Position numbers and translations under genes: made by a program | Part shown: positions 1 through 11,889 of the stretch, piece by piece | Numbering within the stretch: position 1 is the stretch's first letter | Layout of the letters: the number at the start of each line of letters is the position of its first letter | The notes under the pieces: generated by a model | The model's input: the letters and a program-made list of their open reading frames with translations, nothing else | Told to the model about the DNA's origin: nothing | Databases searched by the model: none | From: Macrostomum lignano | Taxonomy: Eukaryota | NCBI GenBank assembly: GCA_002269645.1 | Contig: NIVC01003775.1 | Coordinates: 13,429-77,428 of the forward strand | Length of the DNA: 64,000 bases | Reading direction: 5' to 3'

Positions 1-344
1 TAGATTCAAATATGAGTTTTATAGATATTTTTCAAATGGAAAATATTGATTTTAGTGTTTTTGTTTTTTTGCAAAAAAGATTTAGGCATATTAATAGTTA
101 GGAGGGTTTCCTATATGCCAGAATTTTCTGGTGTGCATTTGCCTTTCATTTGTCATTGGTATGTATATTTGGAATGCTTAAATCTTAAAGAGTTAAAAGG
201 CATACAAAAATTAATATAAAAAGCAATTTGAAAATAGGTGCAAGCATCTTCTAGTTTCTATAATGAAAGGTATAAAGGTAGAAAGGAAGAAAAAAGTGGT
301 TAAGAGGTAGTAAGAGTATAAACAAAAAATATTAATTAAACATA

Positions 345-506
345 TGTTACGTAAGGTGAACTTTTCTTTGTGCCACCCCATTTTTGATAAAAGTCTATAA
401 ATAGACCCGGTGCGCGCCACAGGGCGATACTTGTTTTTCTTGGTTTGGCTCAGTTAGGAGCCTTGGACAATCAATCTCATTCTTATTTATTTACAAGAAT
501 GCAACA
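345..506 (+). repeat. 5' LTR of Gmr1-type element
   Basis: TGTTAC...TGCAACA; about 6 substitutions and 3 single-base indels versus the 3' copy, counted by eye. Confidence 0.95.
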
Positions 507-520
507 TGGTGGCAGCGGTG
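507..520 (+). other. Primer-binding site, tRNA-Leu(AAG/TAG)-type
   Basis: TGGTGGCAGCGGTG immediately follows the 5' LTR and is complementary to the conserved tRNA-Leu 3' end ...CACCGCUGCCACCA. Confidence 0.75.
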
Positions 521-645
521 CGGGCTCAAAGCACCCGTACAACCTGCATTCCCAAGATGGGGCGCTCAGAGAAGGCTCCGAAGACAATGCTAAAGAAGCC
601 AGCGGAATCCAAGATTCAGCTACGCTGGAGAGTGCGAATCTAATG

Positions 646-1320
646 GAGACAATGAAGATGCTCCTGATGCACCATAGTTAGCAGCTACAAGAAATGACTT
701 GCGCGCAAGAAAGACAGTCAGCATTCTACCTGGAGCAACTAACTTGTCAGCAAGCGGAGTTCACGAAGCTCCTGGCCGAGTCTAAGCCATGACCACAAGC
801 AGCAGAGCCCAAGCTGTTTAAGCTGACGGACTCTGATGACATTGAGGCATTCCTGATAGCCTTCGAAAGGGCAGCGGCATCGTGTGGATGGCAAAAGTCA
901 GAGTGAACAATTTGGCTGGCACCGCTACTGATGGGCCTTGTGCAGAGCGCATTCCATAGTCTGACGACAGCAGCGAGCACGGACTATGACTTGGCAAAGG
1001 GGACCATCTTAGCGAGATACAACATTGGCGAGGACACCTACCGACAGCAATTTTGGTCTTTGCGGAAGGCGCCTGAAGAGACCTTCCAAGTGTTTGCAAT
1101 GAAGCTGGAAGACCTATTCGTCTGATGGATGACAGCTAGGCTGGACGAGGATCAGAGAGAGGAACTGATAAGTGGCAACTCCATCGTCAGGCAGAAAGTG
1201 CTTCTAGAGCAGTTTATGGACTCTTTGACAAGAGGACTCCAGGTGTGGATATGAGAGAGAAAACCGAAGGACAATCAAAGAGGCTGCAAAACTGGCCGAT
1301 GACTACACAATGGCAAGAAA
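646..1320 (+). pseudogene. gag with SCAN-like C-terminal region, interrupted by in-frame stops
   Basis: One frame reads KLFKLTDSDDIEAFLIAFER...W..LAPLL...TYRQQF...LLEQFMDSL..LQVWI*E.KP, then a frameshift before EAAKLADDY. Stops at 679, 790, 904, 1123 and 1252. Confidence 0.8.
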
Positions 1321-1449
1321 CAGCGACAAGGGTGGTGGAACACCAGGACACCTGAGCCAAGAGACCGCTGAGGGGGCGACAGCGTCCAATGCTATGGACA
1401 AACAAAGGACAATTCAGAGACTGCAAAGCCTAAAGCCTAAGATTAGCTG

Positions 1450-4400
1450 CTTAGCTGGCAAAGAACTGCAGTTCCTGATGGATACTGGAGCTGATCGAAC
1501 TACAATTCGGCATAGCTGTCTACCTGAAAACATTAATTGGACAGGACATCATGCACTATTGCGTTGTTTTGGTGGCGACCTACACCGTCTGCACCTAAAG
1601 GGCTACAATAGAACCACTGAGGTTTGTGTGGCTGACTCACTACCCGTAAGCGCACTTGTTGGACTGGATTTGATTAGCCAGCTCAAGTTGGAGGGTGGAG
1701 ACGCCCTGAGTACAGTGCTTGGAAGAGAGACGCGCGAGGGGGTTCATGGCCAACCCCTCTCAGCCAATGAGAGAGAAGGGGTAGGTGCGCCGCACCGCCT
1801 AATGCCCCAGTTAGAGGGGGATGAGAGGCTCTTCGCAGAGGGCATCGTGGCTAGCGGCCTTAACCAGATCAGCCAGCTGGCAAAACAAAATCAAGAATAA
1901 CTAGAGCCCAAGCGCGTAAACAACGGCAAGAGTACAACAAAACGAGACAAGAAACTGCAATGCACCCTATAACATTGGATTACGAGGCGGCCCTACAAGA
2001 CGACAAGGAGTTGCAAGCAGCGGTACAAACCAACGACTTGGTGAAGGAAAGCCACGGCAGACTGTTTTGGCATCAAGCAGCTGGAGAGGACCAACTGGTG
2101 CTTCCGAAGGCTCTGCATGCTATGGCGCTGTCCCAGGCCCACAAGAGTGCCAGGCCCACAAGAGTGCATTTGCTGGCCACTTGGGAACAAGGAAGACTTG
2201 TCAACAACTGGAACAGCGATTCTGGTGGCCAACGATGACAAAGGACATGAAGGACTTTGTAGCAATGTGCGACAACTGTTAGAAGACGGCTCGAGTCCCA
2301 GGCAATCACAAGGTACCACTAGTCCAAGTGCCTGGAATGGAGGCCTTTACCAAAGTTATCATCAATATCAGTAGACCATATACGAGGACTGCAAGTGGTC
2401 ACCAGTACATCCTGTCGATTATCAATGCGGCTACTTGATTCCCCAAAGGAGTCCTGCTGCAAAAGATCAACGCTAAGTCTGTAGCGAAGGCATTGGTGGA
2501 CTGCTTCATGAGGACTGGATTCCCAAGGGAGATCCAGAGCGATAAGGGTACTAACTTTTCATCAGCACTGCTGCAGGCCCTGTACTGGTGTACCAGGGTC
2601 AAGGGCATCCAGTTGATGCCGTACCATCTGCAAAGCCAGGTGTTGGTGGAGAGGTTCCACGGCACTCTCAAGAATATGTTGAGGAGACTACCAGCACGTG
2701 AGAAAAAGAAGTGGGACCAGTACCTACCATATCTGCTGTTCGCCATTTGGGAGGTGCCCAACGAAACAACTGGCTTCTTTCTATTCAAACTTTTGTATGG
2801 ATGCACTGTGCGGGGACCACTAGATCTACTGCGGCAGACCTGGGATGAGCAGCTCTCTGAAGAGAAGAAGGACATCATCTCGTTTGTGCTGGCCCAGAGA
2901 GACCAACTGCGGGCTGGCCAGGAAGCGGCACAGAACAGCGAAGAGCTAGCATGGAAGCGTCAGAAACTCTGTATGACCGGCAGTTGCGGGAACGAGAGTT
3001 GCAGCCTGGAGATCAGGTGCTATTGCTGCTGCCATCGTCATCCAAGAAGCTTCACGCTGAATGGCGTGGTACCTATGAAGCACTGGAAAGGTGCAGCAAT
3101 ATGAACTACTGGATCCGGATGGGCCCTGCATCAAACACATTTCATGTCAACCTGCTTAAGAAGTACAATTCATGGGAGACGGTTTTGATGCAGCTTCCAG
3201 CGGCAGCTACGAGTGCTCCTGAGTTGTCTGATCATCTGACACCTACCGAGAGGGATCATCTCCTAGAGCTGGTGCATGACTTTGCGGGCGTCTTCAGCGA
3301 GACCCCGGGGAGGACTGACCTAGTGGAGCACCATATCTAGACGACATCTGACCGCGTAGTGCGCATCTAGCCGCGACGGGAGCCGCAGGTGTATCGGCAG
3401 GTGCTCCAAGAGGAGATTCAACGCATGCTGGACCTCGGGGTGATTGAACCATCTGACAGTGACTACTGCTCCCTGGTCTGTCTGGTGGCCAAGAAGGACA
3501 GCTCAGTCCAGTTCACTGTCAACTTCAAGGCACTGAATGAGCTAGTGGCCTTTGACTCCTATCCAATGAAGAACATTGAAGACCTACTGGAGCAGGTCAC
3601 CAAGGCCAAGTTCATATCTAAGCTAGACTGCTGCAAGGGCTACTGGCAAATTCCACTGTACAAGGATTCAAAGCGATTGACAGCTTTTGCGGCTTGCGGC
3701 AAGCTGTATCAATTTACTGTGATGCCCATGGGCTTAAACTGCAGCAGCGCGACGTACTAGAGGCTCATGGACAAGCTGTTCCAAGGGCTGGACAACGCGG
3801 ACTCCTACATCAATGACATCGCCTTGTTAAGCGCAACATTCGAGCAGCATGTCAAGGACCTGAGGGAAGTATTTGGTCGCCTTAAGGCTACTGGTCTAAC
3901 GGTGCAGACCCGAAAGTGCTACCTGGGCGGCAACTCTGCTGACTACCTGGGTTTCAAGCTTGGCGGAGGCGAGATTGGTACAAGCGAGGACCGAGTGCAG
4001 ACAATCACGGCACTGGCTCAGCCCTGGACCAAGGCTCAGAGTGCTCAACCACTACCGTCAGTTTGTGCCCAATTACTCAGAAAAGGTGGCGGCCCTGACG
4101 GACCTCACGAAGAAGTCGGCACCTGATGACCTGATGGCGGCCTGGGGAGAGCAGCAGACACGAGCCTTCGAGGCAGTGAAATCTTTGCTGGCAAGCCAGC
4201 TAGTGCTGCGTGCACCGGACTATAGTTGGCAGTTTATCTTGGAGACTGACAGCTCGGAAACTGGGATCGGTGCAGTGCTAACGCAAGAATTCGGCGACGG
4301 CATCCATCCCATGCTCTTCGTATCTCGGCAGTTGACTTTGGCAGAGCGGAGCTACGCGACGATCGAGAAGGAGTGCCTTGCCATGCACTGGGCGGTCGAG

Positions 4401-4547
4401 AAGCTGTGGCACTACTTGTTCGGCCGCCGGTTTGTCATCAAGTCTGACCATAAGCCACTGCAGTACTTGCAGATAAACCACGCCAACCCACGACTCCAGC
4501 AGTGGGCCTTCTATCTGTCTGGCTATGACTACGAGATCCAGTACTAG
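1450..4547 (+). pseudogene. pol pseudogene: protease, integrase (~1990-3180), RT and RNase H (~3230-4547)
   Basis: Conserved motifs are spread across ORFs 1310-1900, 2067-2282, 2493-3104, 2951-3340, 3389-3760, 3767-4126 and 3960-4547. The RT catalytic YIDD appears as YIND. Confidence 0.9.
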
Positions 4548-4594
4548 CTAGGCGAAAGCAACACAGTGGCCAATGGTCTTAGCAGGATCTGGGC

Positions 4595-4675
4595 TAGTGA
4601 CCGACCAAGTGATTTAGTGACCGACCAAGTGATTTAGTGACTGACCAAGTGATTTAGAGACTGACTGAGCGATTT
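4595..4675. repeat. 20-bp tandem repeat in the element 3' UTR
   Basis: TAGTGACCGACCAAGTGATT x3 plus one degenerate copy. Confidence 0.85.
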
Positions 4676-4804
4676 AACTTTCATTCAAGTTATTAGTGGC
4701 CAAGTTTGCATTGTTTTTTTTTGTAAGACATATCCGAACTTTGCGTGACCCTGCGATTGCTTTTTGGCTTGCGATTTTTCTGGCTTTGATCTTTTGGTGG
4801 AGGG

Positions 4805-4965
4805 TGTTACGTATGGTGGACTTTTCTTTGTGCTACCCCATTTTTGATAAAAGTCTATAAATAGACCTGGTGCGCGCCACAGGGCGATACTTGTTTTCTT
4901 GGTTTTGGCTTAGTTGGAGCCTTGGACAATCAATCTCATTCTTATTTATCTACAAGAATGCAACA
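4805..4965 (+). repeat. 3' LTR of Gmr1-type element
   Basis: Direct repeat of 345-506, preceded by a polypurine tract. Confidence 0.95.
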
Positions 4966-5350
4966 ACATGTTAGTGCTTTTTCAAAGAATTTAGGTACTA
5001 GAACTTTAGGTAATTGCAAGCTTTTGTAGTGAAGTAATAGACATGACACTGGATCTGTCACCAAACCTTTTTGGTGACAGATCCATACTGTAGCAGCAAC
5101 ATAGATTGTATAGCTTCAGTTTTGTAAATATCATTTTATAAATTATAATTTCCTTGATTACATTGACTGAGGACATTGGAAGCAATTGTGAAAAGCAAAC
5201 CAAAATTGAAACAAATCAATGCAGATAAGTAACAAAGCCACAATAAATTATGGTCAAACAATATATATGGTAAAATAAAGCAAAAAAATCAAAGAACACA
5301 AATGTACAAAATTGCACCAAATCAGAATATGATCACATAACATTTGTACA

Positions 5351-5843
5351 CTATCCTATAGAATTGTTTGTTACATTATTTTTTGCTTGAATTTGATTCC
5401 TTTTTATTTTTTAAAGTCCAGAAATATGAAACAAGTGAACAAGTTAATAGTTTAACAAGGATACTGGCAGCAAAATTGTTTGTTATAGTCAATCACTACT
5501 CTAAGGCTAGCTATACCTCCACAGGTTGGCACAACAACTTGAGGCCATTGGTAAAGGTATATGCTAGATAAAATTACCCAGTCACACTATTACCCAATGT
5601 TAAAGTTGTTTGTGATATTCAAAATGGTTTGTTGCTGACTTGCTGTAATAGGTTGTTTAATTTATTGTGTTGATCATAGATTCATTAAAATGGGTGCCCT
5701 TGTTTTGTGATATGGCAATTGACTATAACAAACAATTTTGTTGCCAGTACATGTAAAACTGTTAATTTGTTCACTTGTTTCATACTTTTGGACTCTAAAA
5801 ATATAAAAGAATCAAATATAAGTGAAGAAATAAATAGGATAGC
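5351..5843. repeat. Old foldback / MITE-like inverted repeat
   Basis: 5391-5493 is the reverse complement of 5718-5817 at roughly 85% identity (ATTTGATTC...AAACAAGTGAACAA...ACTGGCA.CAAAATTGTTTGTTATAGTCA), with weaker similarity extending outward. Confidence 0.75.
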
Positions 5844-8800
5844 CCATTAGCATATTGTATAATTGTACTTGTACTTATTAATATGACTTATCAACAAGAT
5901 CATTATGATTCAATTTGCATTTGTCATTTATTGTACTCATATAATAATACTTTTTTAACAGACACAAAGTGAAAGAGGGAGATCATTACAATTTGTTTAT
6001 ATTAGAATGAGTATATCAACAATGTTGCCAAAAAGGTTGTCGCCATAAGCCCAAAATGATTTATTGCCAAAATGGTTTGTTGCAGACTTGCTAAAATGGA
6101 TTGTTACCAATTTATTGTGTTGACCATAGATTCATAGAAATAACCATGTGACTTTTTATGGCCTAATCCATACTCTATGGATGGATCTGTTTTATGGGAA
6201 AATTTTTTGCATGCAACAAGGTTCTAAGCAGTCTAGTACCACATGCACAGCATGTAGCAAGGAGTAAGAAAAGTTTTTTTAGCATGACTTGCATAACAGC
6301 ACCGCATTTAAAGTTTTTTGGCATTCCATTACTATTAGAGCTATGAACTTGCCATTAAAGCTTTACCTTACAAGAACTTTTTGGCTTTTCAAAACATTAT
6401 ATGGAACTTTTTAAAGTAATTATTCTATAGACTATAATAATGATAAAATAAACAATGTTTTTAGTACTAAAAGATTTTATGTTATTTTCAAGTCATTATA
6501 ATATATAAGTATTTCTATAAGTATTGTTTATCAGCTGTCTCTCATTAAAAAATGAATATTTCATTGGACATTGTTTCATAGAATCAGACTTGGAGCCTTT
6601 GTAACTGCCTTTTGCAGTCTAACCCCCTAGTCTATTGGCACACACTTGGTGAATTTGATCTAATCTTCTCATATGCAGCGTACAAAGCAAAAAAATTTGG
6701 CATGCAAGGTGCTTGGGACCATAGGGCATAATATATGGTCACTATAACAATATAATAATAATTGCTAATATTTATATATAAGCTTAAAAAATCTTGGTTT
6801 AGACCAGACTCTAGAAGGTTACATGTATACCAGAAAATTCTGGCATATAAATGACCCCTTTTAAAGTTGGTACAAATTCATGCAATTTTTTTGGCATACA
6901 AATTTTAGTACACAAAATTCATACCAATTTTTTGGCATACCAATTTTGGTGAATAAATTCATCCCATGCATAAAAATTATAATGTAAATTAATGTTTTTA
7001 CATAAAATAAAGGACAATTTGTATAGTCTAGAAAGTTGATGATAAACTTTTTGCTCCTTTAAAGTTAACAATAAATAAAATTAGTGTAAATAATTGTTAA
7101 GAACATAAATTTTACATTATAATTTCTGTAGGTTTAAGTTAAGGCAGTGTAGTATATTTCTTAGAAAATATGAAATTTAAATTTTGCCAAATAATATTAA
7201 CTTTGTTTAAATGTTGTGTGCACCATAATACTCTACAAAATTAAAGTTTGTTTTAAATATATATACAAATTAGTATAAATAGAAGCCCCAAAGCAGGTTA
7301 AGAAAGCATCTTCTCAAATGGTCCTTTGACTTCGTCTTCAAGCAAATTTAATAAGCAGTTGTTCAAAAAAAGACTTACTTATTTTCTAGAGTATTAAGCC
7401 CCTTATTGGGAGTATCAGAAACTGCTAAGAGCAAGAATTGCCTTAGGGCAGGAAAGCACTATAAAGTAGTAAGATCACCTTAAGGTAGGAAAATTGCTAA
7501 GGCTATGACTCTCTCTCTGATCCAGGGAATGCCAAGGACTGAGAAAACTTATAAGAGTAAATAAAGTAGACAGTGCCATTAAACTGCTCAGGCCAAAGAG
7601 TATAGTACATGTGCAGATGCTAGCAATAAGATAAATAGACGCTACTAATAAAAGTAGATAGAAAAGCAGATACACTACCAATAATAAGAGTACAAGTTTT
7701 CATGCAAAGGTACATTAATTAAATAGAAGGACAACTTTGGTGGCTAACCAGTGGGATTATTTATAAGGACAGAACTAAGCCCTATGTCAACTTTGGTAGA
7801 AGTGGTGGGATTTTGTATCATACAGGAACACTACTATGTCAAATTTAAGTTTGTTTGAAGTGAAAATTTTTGTAATATTTAAAAAGTTTTTCTATATGAA
7901 AGCCTTTTTTACGAAACTCTACTCATGAAAACCAAATGACCTTTTTAGAAGGATTTTTTGGTGTACATTTTAGGAATTTTTGTTTTTGGTGTACTGTCTA
8001 CACTGGCACACATTTAGCTAAGATAGGATTCTTGTTCTGGTGTATACTATTATATAATCTGGACCCTGCCTAGGGTTTAAAATATTTTTATCCATTGAAA
8101 TATATGTCAAAGTAGTCAAAAATGTAGTAAAATAATCTGTTGCCAATATAGCTGTTATTTAAGTGAAACTTACTAATTTTGTTGTCAATAAAATACTTTG
8201 ACTATAATAAGATATAGAAATGTAAAGAAATAGATTTTTAGGAAAAAGTGTTTTAAAATCTAGATTGCCTTGATAAATTAATGGGTTTAGATTTGCTGCA
8301 GTGTATATGCCTAGGCTATATTAATATTAGATTTTTACTCAAATCACAGGAAGACCATATTACTATTAGCATTATGATAATCAATTTAGATTAGACCAAA
8401 GGGACTAAGTATAGTTATATAGAACCTAAGAAGGCCAGAATATTACTCACCGTTGTTTCCAGCCATACTAATTAGTACAGAAACTTCGATTTGCGTGCGT
8501 TAGAGCTCAGATATCGAACAGCTGTCACAAACTGTTGCTAAGCTAATAACGAAAGAGCTGAAAATGGGACTTGAGTATCTATTTCTTTGAAAACGTTTTA
8601 AAAAATTATTTACTATTGCAACGAAAGCATTGAAACCTATTGTTTTTTTTTTAAATAAATGTAACCTATGTGCAAAATATAAACTCAAAAGGTATATTAG
8701 ACTAGCTGTAAGCAACTTTGATTTACTTCAATAACTCCGGATTAAATTTGCGAGGTTGATAATTGTCAACTGTTTTCTGCGGCTGAAAACTAATTTTTTT

Positions 8801-9840
8801 AAGTTGAGCTTGCAAAACGATTAAAAATAGTGATGATAAAGCCAAGCCAAACTGTTATTCAAGATGAAATGTTCAAAGTATAGAATCGACTAAGAGATCT
8901 TACATGCGTAGATAACATTTTCCATAGATGCACTAAATAATTCGATGAAATTTAATGCTCAACTACAAGGACCACTGAAGTCACTTCATTAAACTTTAAC
9001 TTAAGTTGTCCTTGCTCAACTATCGGTGGAGTTTCAGCTAAAGCTCACGGACAAACAGAAGCCACGCGTCGCAGCCCTCGCTGGTGGAAGGACCACTGGA
9101 GCTACCTCATGGAGTGTGCAGGCCAGATCGTACAGCAGGAGGGCATCCTATAGGAAGTTTGCAATCCGCTCCTCCACCTCCTTCGTGCTGAACATAATTA
9201 TACTTGGCCTTTCGAATTTAGAACCACGAGGTTACTCTTAACTCGTGTGATTCACAGCATTAAACTAGTCAAAACGATTTGCAAGAAAAAACTAAAGGGC
9301 ATCAAGCAAAGTAAAAATCAACTCAATTCACTCGAATTGCTTGAACTTTTTAAGAGTCGATCTCCATGAGTAATTTTGCCTTATCAAAGGAGCGCCTGCA
9401 GGATTGTGGTGAGCATTTAAAGTCCTCTCCCTCGTTGTTTATATTTCAAGGACCATGTGTACAGTGATCCTTGGTTTTAAGTCTCTCTACGCGAGTGCTA
9501 AGCCGGTGAATAAACAGTAGGCCCAGCCCACTGCGTAGGTCTCTAATTTTGCCATCTTTGTTTGAGTAAGTCTGGCCTTAGCCGGGGTAGACATGTACCT
9601 TTTATCTGGGCCGTGGAGCAATCTGATTGGCTGGGCCTATCCCTCCCTCGCGCTGGTTGGGGGGACGGCTTGCCTCTCTAAGCCGTGTGGTCGCTGTCTG
9701 CCCCACCCCGCTCCGCCTGTCATTCGGATATTTACATTATTTGCAGAGAGCCCTGCAGAGGTTGTTTTATTCTATAACTTTTCGCCCCGCCTCTCGACTT
9801 GCGGAAACGCGCCCGGCCATTTCACTCTGTGAACCTGCTC

Positions 9841-9970
9841 TGCAACTCATTGCGTCTACTACCCTCTGCGTGCTCTGCGACTCATTGCGTCTACTACCCT
9901 CTGCGTGCTCTGCGACTCATTGCGTCTACTACCCTCTGCGTGCCCTGTGACTTATTGCGTCTACCCTGCG
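9841..9970. repeat. 35-bp tandem repeat, about 3.5 copies
   Basis: TGC(A/G)ACTCATTGCGTCTACTACCCTCTGCGTGCTC. Confidence 0.9.
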
Positions 9971-10399
9971 ATTTTGCTCCTTGCTCTCTTTGTGACTGCG
10001 CTGTCTAGGGCATCATGAGCGGCAGCACCAGTCGCAGTTACAGAAATGCAGCAGATCGATTTTCCTTTATATCAATAATGCGAGTGCAGACCATGCAGTT
10101 GCCGGCCAGCTGATGCCAGCAGTGCTGCGAGCCTTTTAGGTTGAAGGGACAGTTCGACCTGCTAGAGTAACCAGTTTTTATTGGCAGTTGTTTGTATAGC
10201 ACGTAAAATTGTATTGCTTTCAAAGATTTTTAGGACTCAAAAAAGTACTTCAATCATAGCTTTTTTTACTCGAATCCATTCACTAGAAGCATGAAAATAG
10301 TTCGCACAAATCGATAGGTAATCAATATAGTCAATAATCTTTATAGGTTATCGTAGAATCTCAGAAAGTCACCGCGGCAAGCCACCCCAGACAGCCTAG

Positions 10400-11050
10400 C
10401 TAAACACAGTTGAAAGCACTGGATCCGTGCTTATTCCTCACGTAGACAATGCTGTCAATCACCTGGCCGCCTTTGTCAACGGACACCTGCTCCAGCATCA
10501 GGTGAGTGGCATTCGCCACCGTCATCCGCGTGTAGCCGTAGTCGTCGCTGCGGAAGGCGGACCAGGGCAGGCCGGCCGGGATGAACGGGTCCTCGCCTTC
10601 CACGCAACCAGCCGAGCCGGTGATCACGTGGACTGGCGCCGGCGGATTATCGTAGGGATTATCCGAGCTGGTGGTTGAGTTGCACACCTTCTGATTGTAG
10701 ACAGGCCACATTCGCTCGTAGGAGTGCTCGTGCGCGCCGAAAATCAGATCGACGCCGTACCTGTAGAACAGCTGCTCCACTCCCAGGATGTAGTCGCTGC
10801 CGAAAATGCGACTCCGCTGCTTGCTGCCCACCGGAAATCCGGTTCGAATCAGGTTGTCCGCATTCGTGCAGTGCTGGGGATCGTCGCTGTTTGAGCAGTA
10901 CATCGGCCGGTGGGCCATGGCGATGATCCACGGTCGGTTGGCTCGATTCTGATTGGCCCGCTGCAGATCCTCTTCCAGCCACTGGAACTGGTAGACTGCC
11001 TGCTTCCAGCCGTAGTCCAGGTAGTAGTAGAACTCCGAGCTGAATGAGAT
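10400..11050 (-). CDS. ACP7: Purple acid phosphatase (ACP7/PAPL-like), exon 2 (terminal)
   Basis: Acceptor cag|ATC TCA TTC, phase 0. ISFSSEFYY, WIIAMAHRPMYCS, FGAHEHSYER, PVHVITGSAG, DYGYTRM; stop TAG at 10400; AATAAA on minus at 10177-10182. Confidence 0.95.
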   Translation of the reverse strand: MSFSSEFYYYLDYGWKQAVYQFQWLEEDLQRANQNRANRPWIIAMAHRPMYCSNSDDPQHCTNADNLIRTGFPVGSKQRSRIFGSDYILGVEQLFYRYGVDLIFGAHEHSYERMWPVYNQKVCNSTTSSDNPYDNPPAPVHVITGSAGCVEGEDPFIPAGLPWSAFRSDDYGYTRMTVANATHLMLEQVSVDKGGQVIDSIVYVRNKHGSSAFNCV

Positions 11051-11847
11051 CTGCGGAGATAAGTTTTGTGTTACGATTATGTGTTGCCAGCGGCCCAAGC
11101 TCAATTCAGTCACAATAAATTGTGGCTAAATTAAAATCCCTCGGCTTTACTCTGCTCGTGCAATTAACGTCCTTGAGGGCCCAACCCCCAAGGCACAGTG
11201 AAGTGTACATGCCTAACGATAAATAAAGTTAGGGCTGCTGTACACTACTGTGTGAGTGTGTGCCTGCGTGTATGACTGCGTACGTATCCACGCGAGCTTG
11301 TGTGCCTGCTCAGGGGAGTCGGCGGAATGAGCAGTAAAAGGCTCGTTCACACTGCCATCAAATGAGACCAAATTGGTGTGATCACACCATTTGTACATCC
11401 AATTTGATTCGTTTGTACATTGGTGGTGTGATTTAGTGGCTCGTTAGCATCTATCTAACAGTCATCACTTTGTATAACACGCAACACATTCTCTTTCTGA
11501 ACAGGGGAGGTGAGATAATGTACGCCAGCATATCGAACAAGCAAGGTGACATTAATTATTGGTCTGAAAGATGAATCTGATTAAGATAATACTCTCAATA
11601 GGAGCTATAGTGTTACACACATGAAGAACCGTACCATAAGAGTATTTCATCAAGCACCTAGAAATAGCTAGAATTCGAGCCCCTGATTAAAATATTGTAC
11701 TTTAACACCTGACACCTGATCGAGGATGGCCTTTTGCCGGCTTAAGACATGAACCTCATGAATCAACCAACAAGGTGAAGTCGACGATTATAATCTTAAA
11801 TCCATACCATAATCAAGCAAGCTAAGCTTTAAACCGACTATCGTCAA

Positions 11848-11874
11848 AGGTCAAAGGTCAAAGGTCAGAGGTCA
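11848..11874 (+). promoter_or_regulatory. Four AGGTCA half-sites with 1-nt spacing (DR1-like), in the ACP7 intron
   Basis: AGGTCA at 11848, 11855, 11862 and 11869. The motif is seen directly; function is inferred. Confidence 0.4.
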
Positions 11875-11889
11875 CGCACATGCACTCAC

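Larger units (their letters stand above)
345..4965 (+). mobile_element. Decayed Ty3/Gypsy LTR retrotransposon, Gmr1-type domain order (gag-PR-INT-RT-RNaseH)
   Basis: Two ~162-bp TG...CA LTRs (345-506, 4805-4965), PBS at 507, PPT GGTGGAGGG at 4796-4804, flanks ACATA/ACATG (4 of 5 TSD match). Motifs in order: protease LMDTGA, integrase HLG..CDNC / SDKGTNF / VERFH, RT YWQIPL / FTVMPMGL / YINDI, RNaseH ETDSS / IEKECLA / SDHKPL. Many stops and frameshifts. Confidence 0.95.

Noticed and set aside
833-868. CTGATGA...GAAA hammerhead-like spacing
   Set aside because: It lies inside gag coding sequence (SDDIEAFLIAFER), helix II is irregular, and there is no helix III/NUH or helix I.
7330-8466. Possible first micro-exon ATG GCT GGA AAC AAC G|gtgagt (8466-8451, minus) with downstream acceptors
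   Set aside because: Every downstream exon I tried closes within about 25 codons, and no recognisable product results. It may be a real non-coding or short transcript but cannot be supported.
9026-10008. GC-rich ORFs and promoter-like motifs (CCAAT, GC boxes)
   Set aside because: No protein motif, element termini or consistent splice structure could be established.
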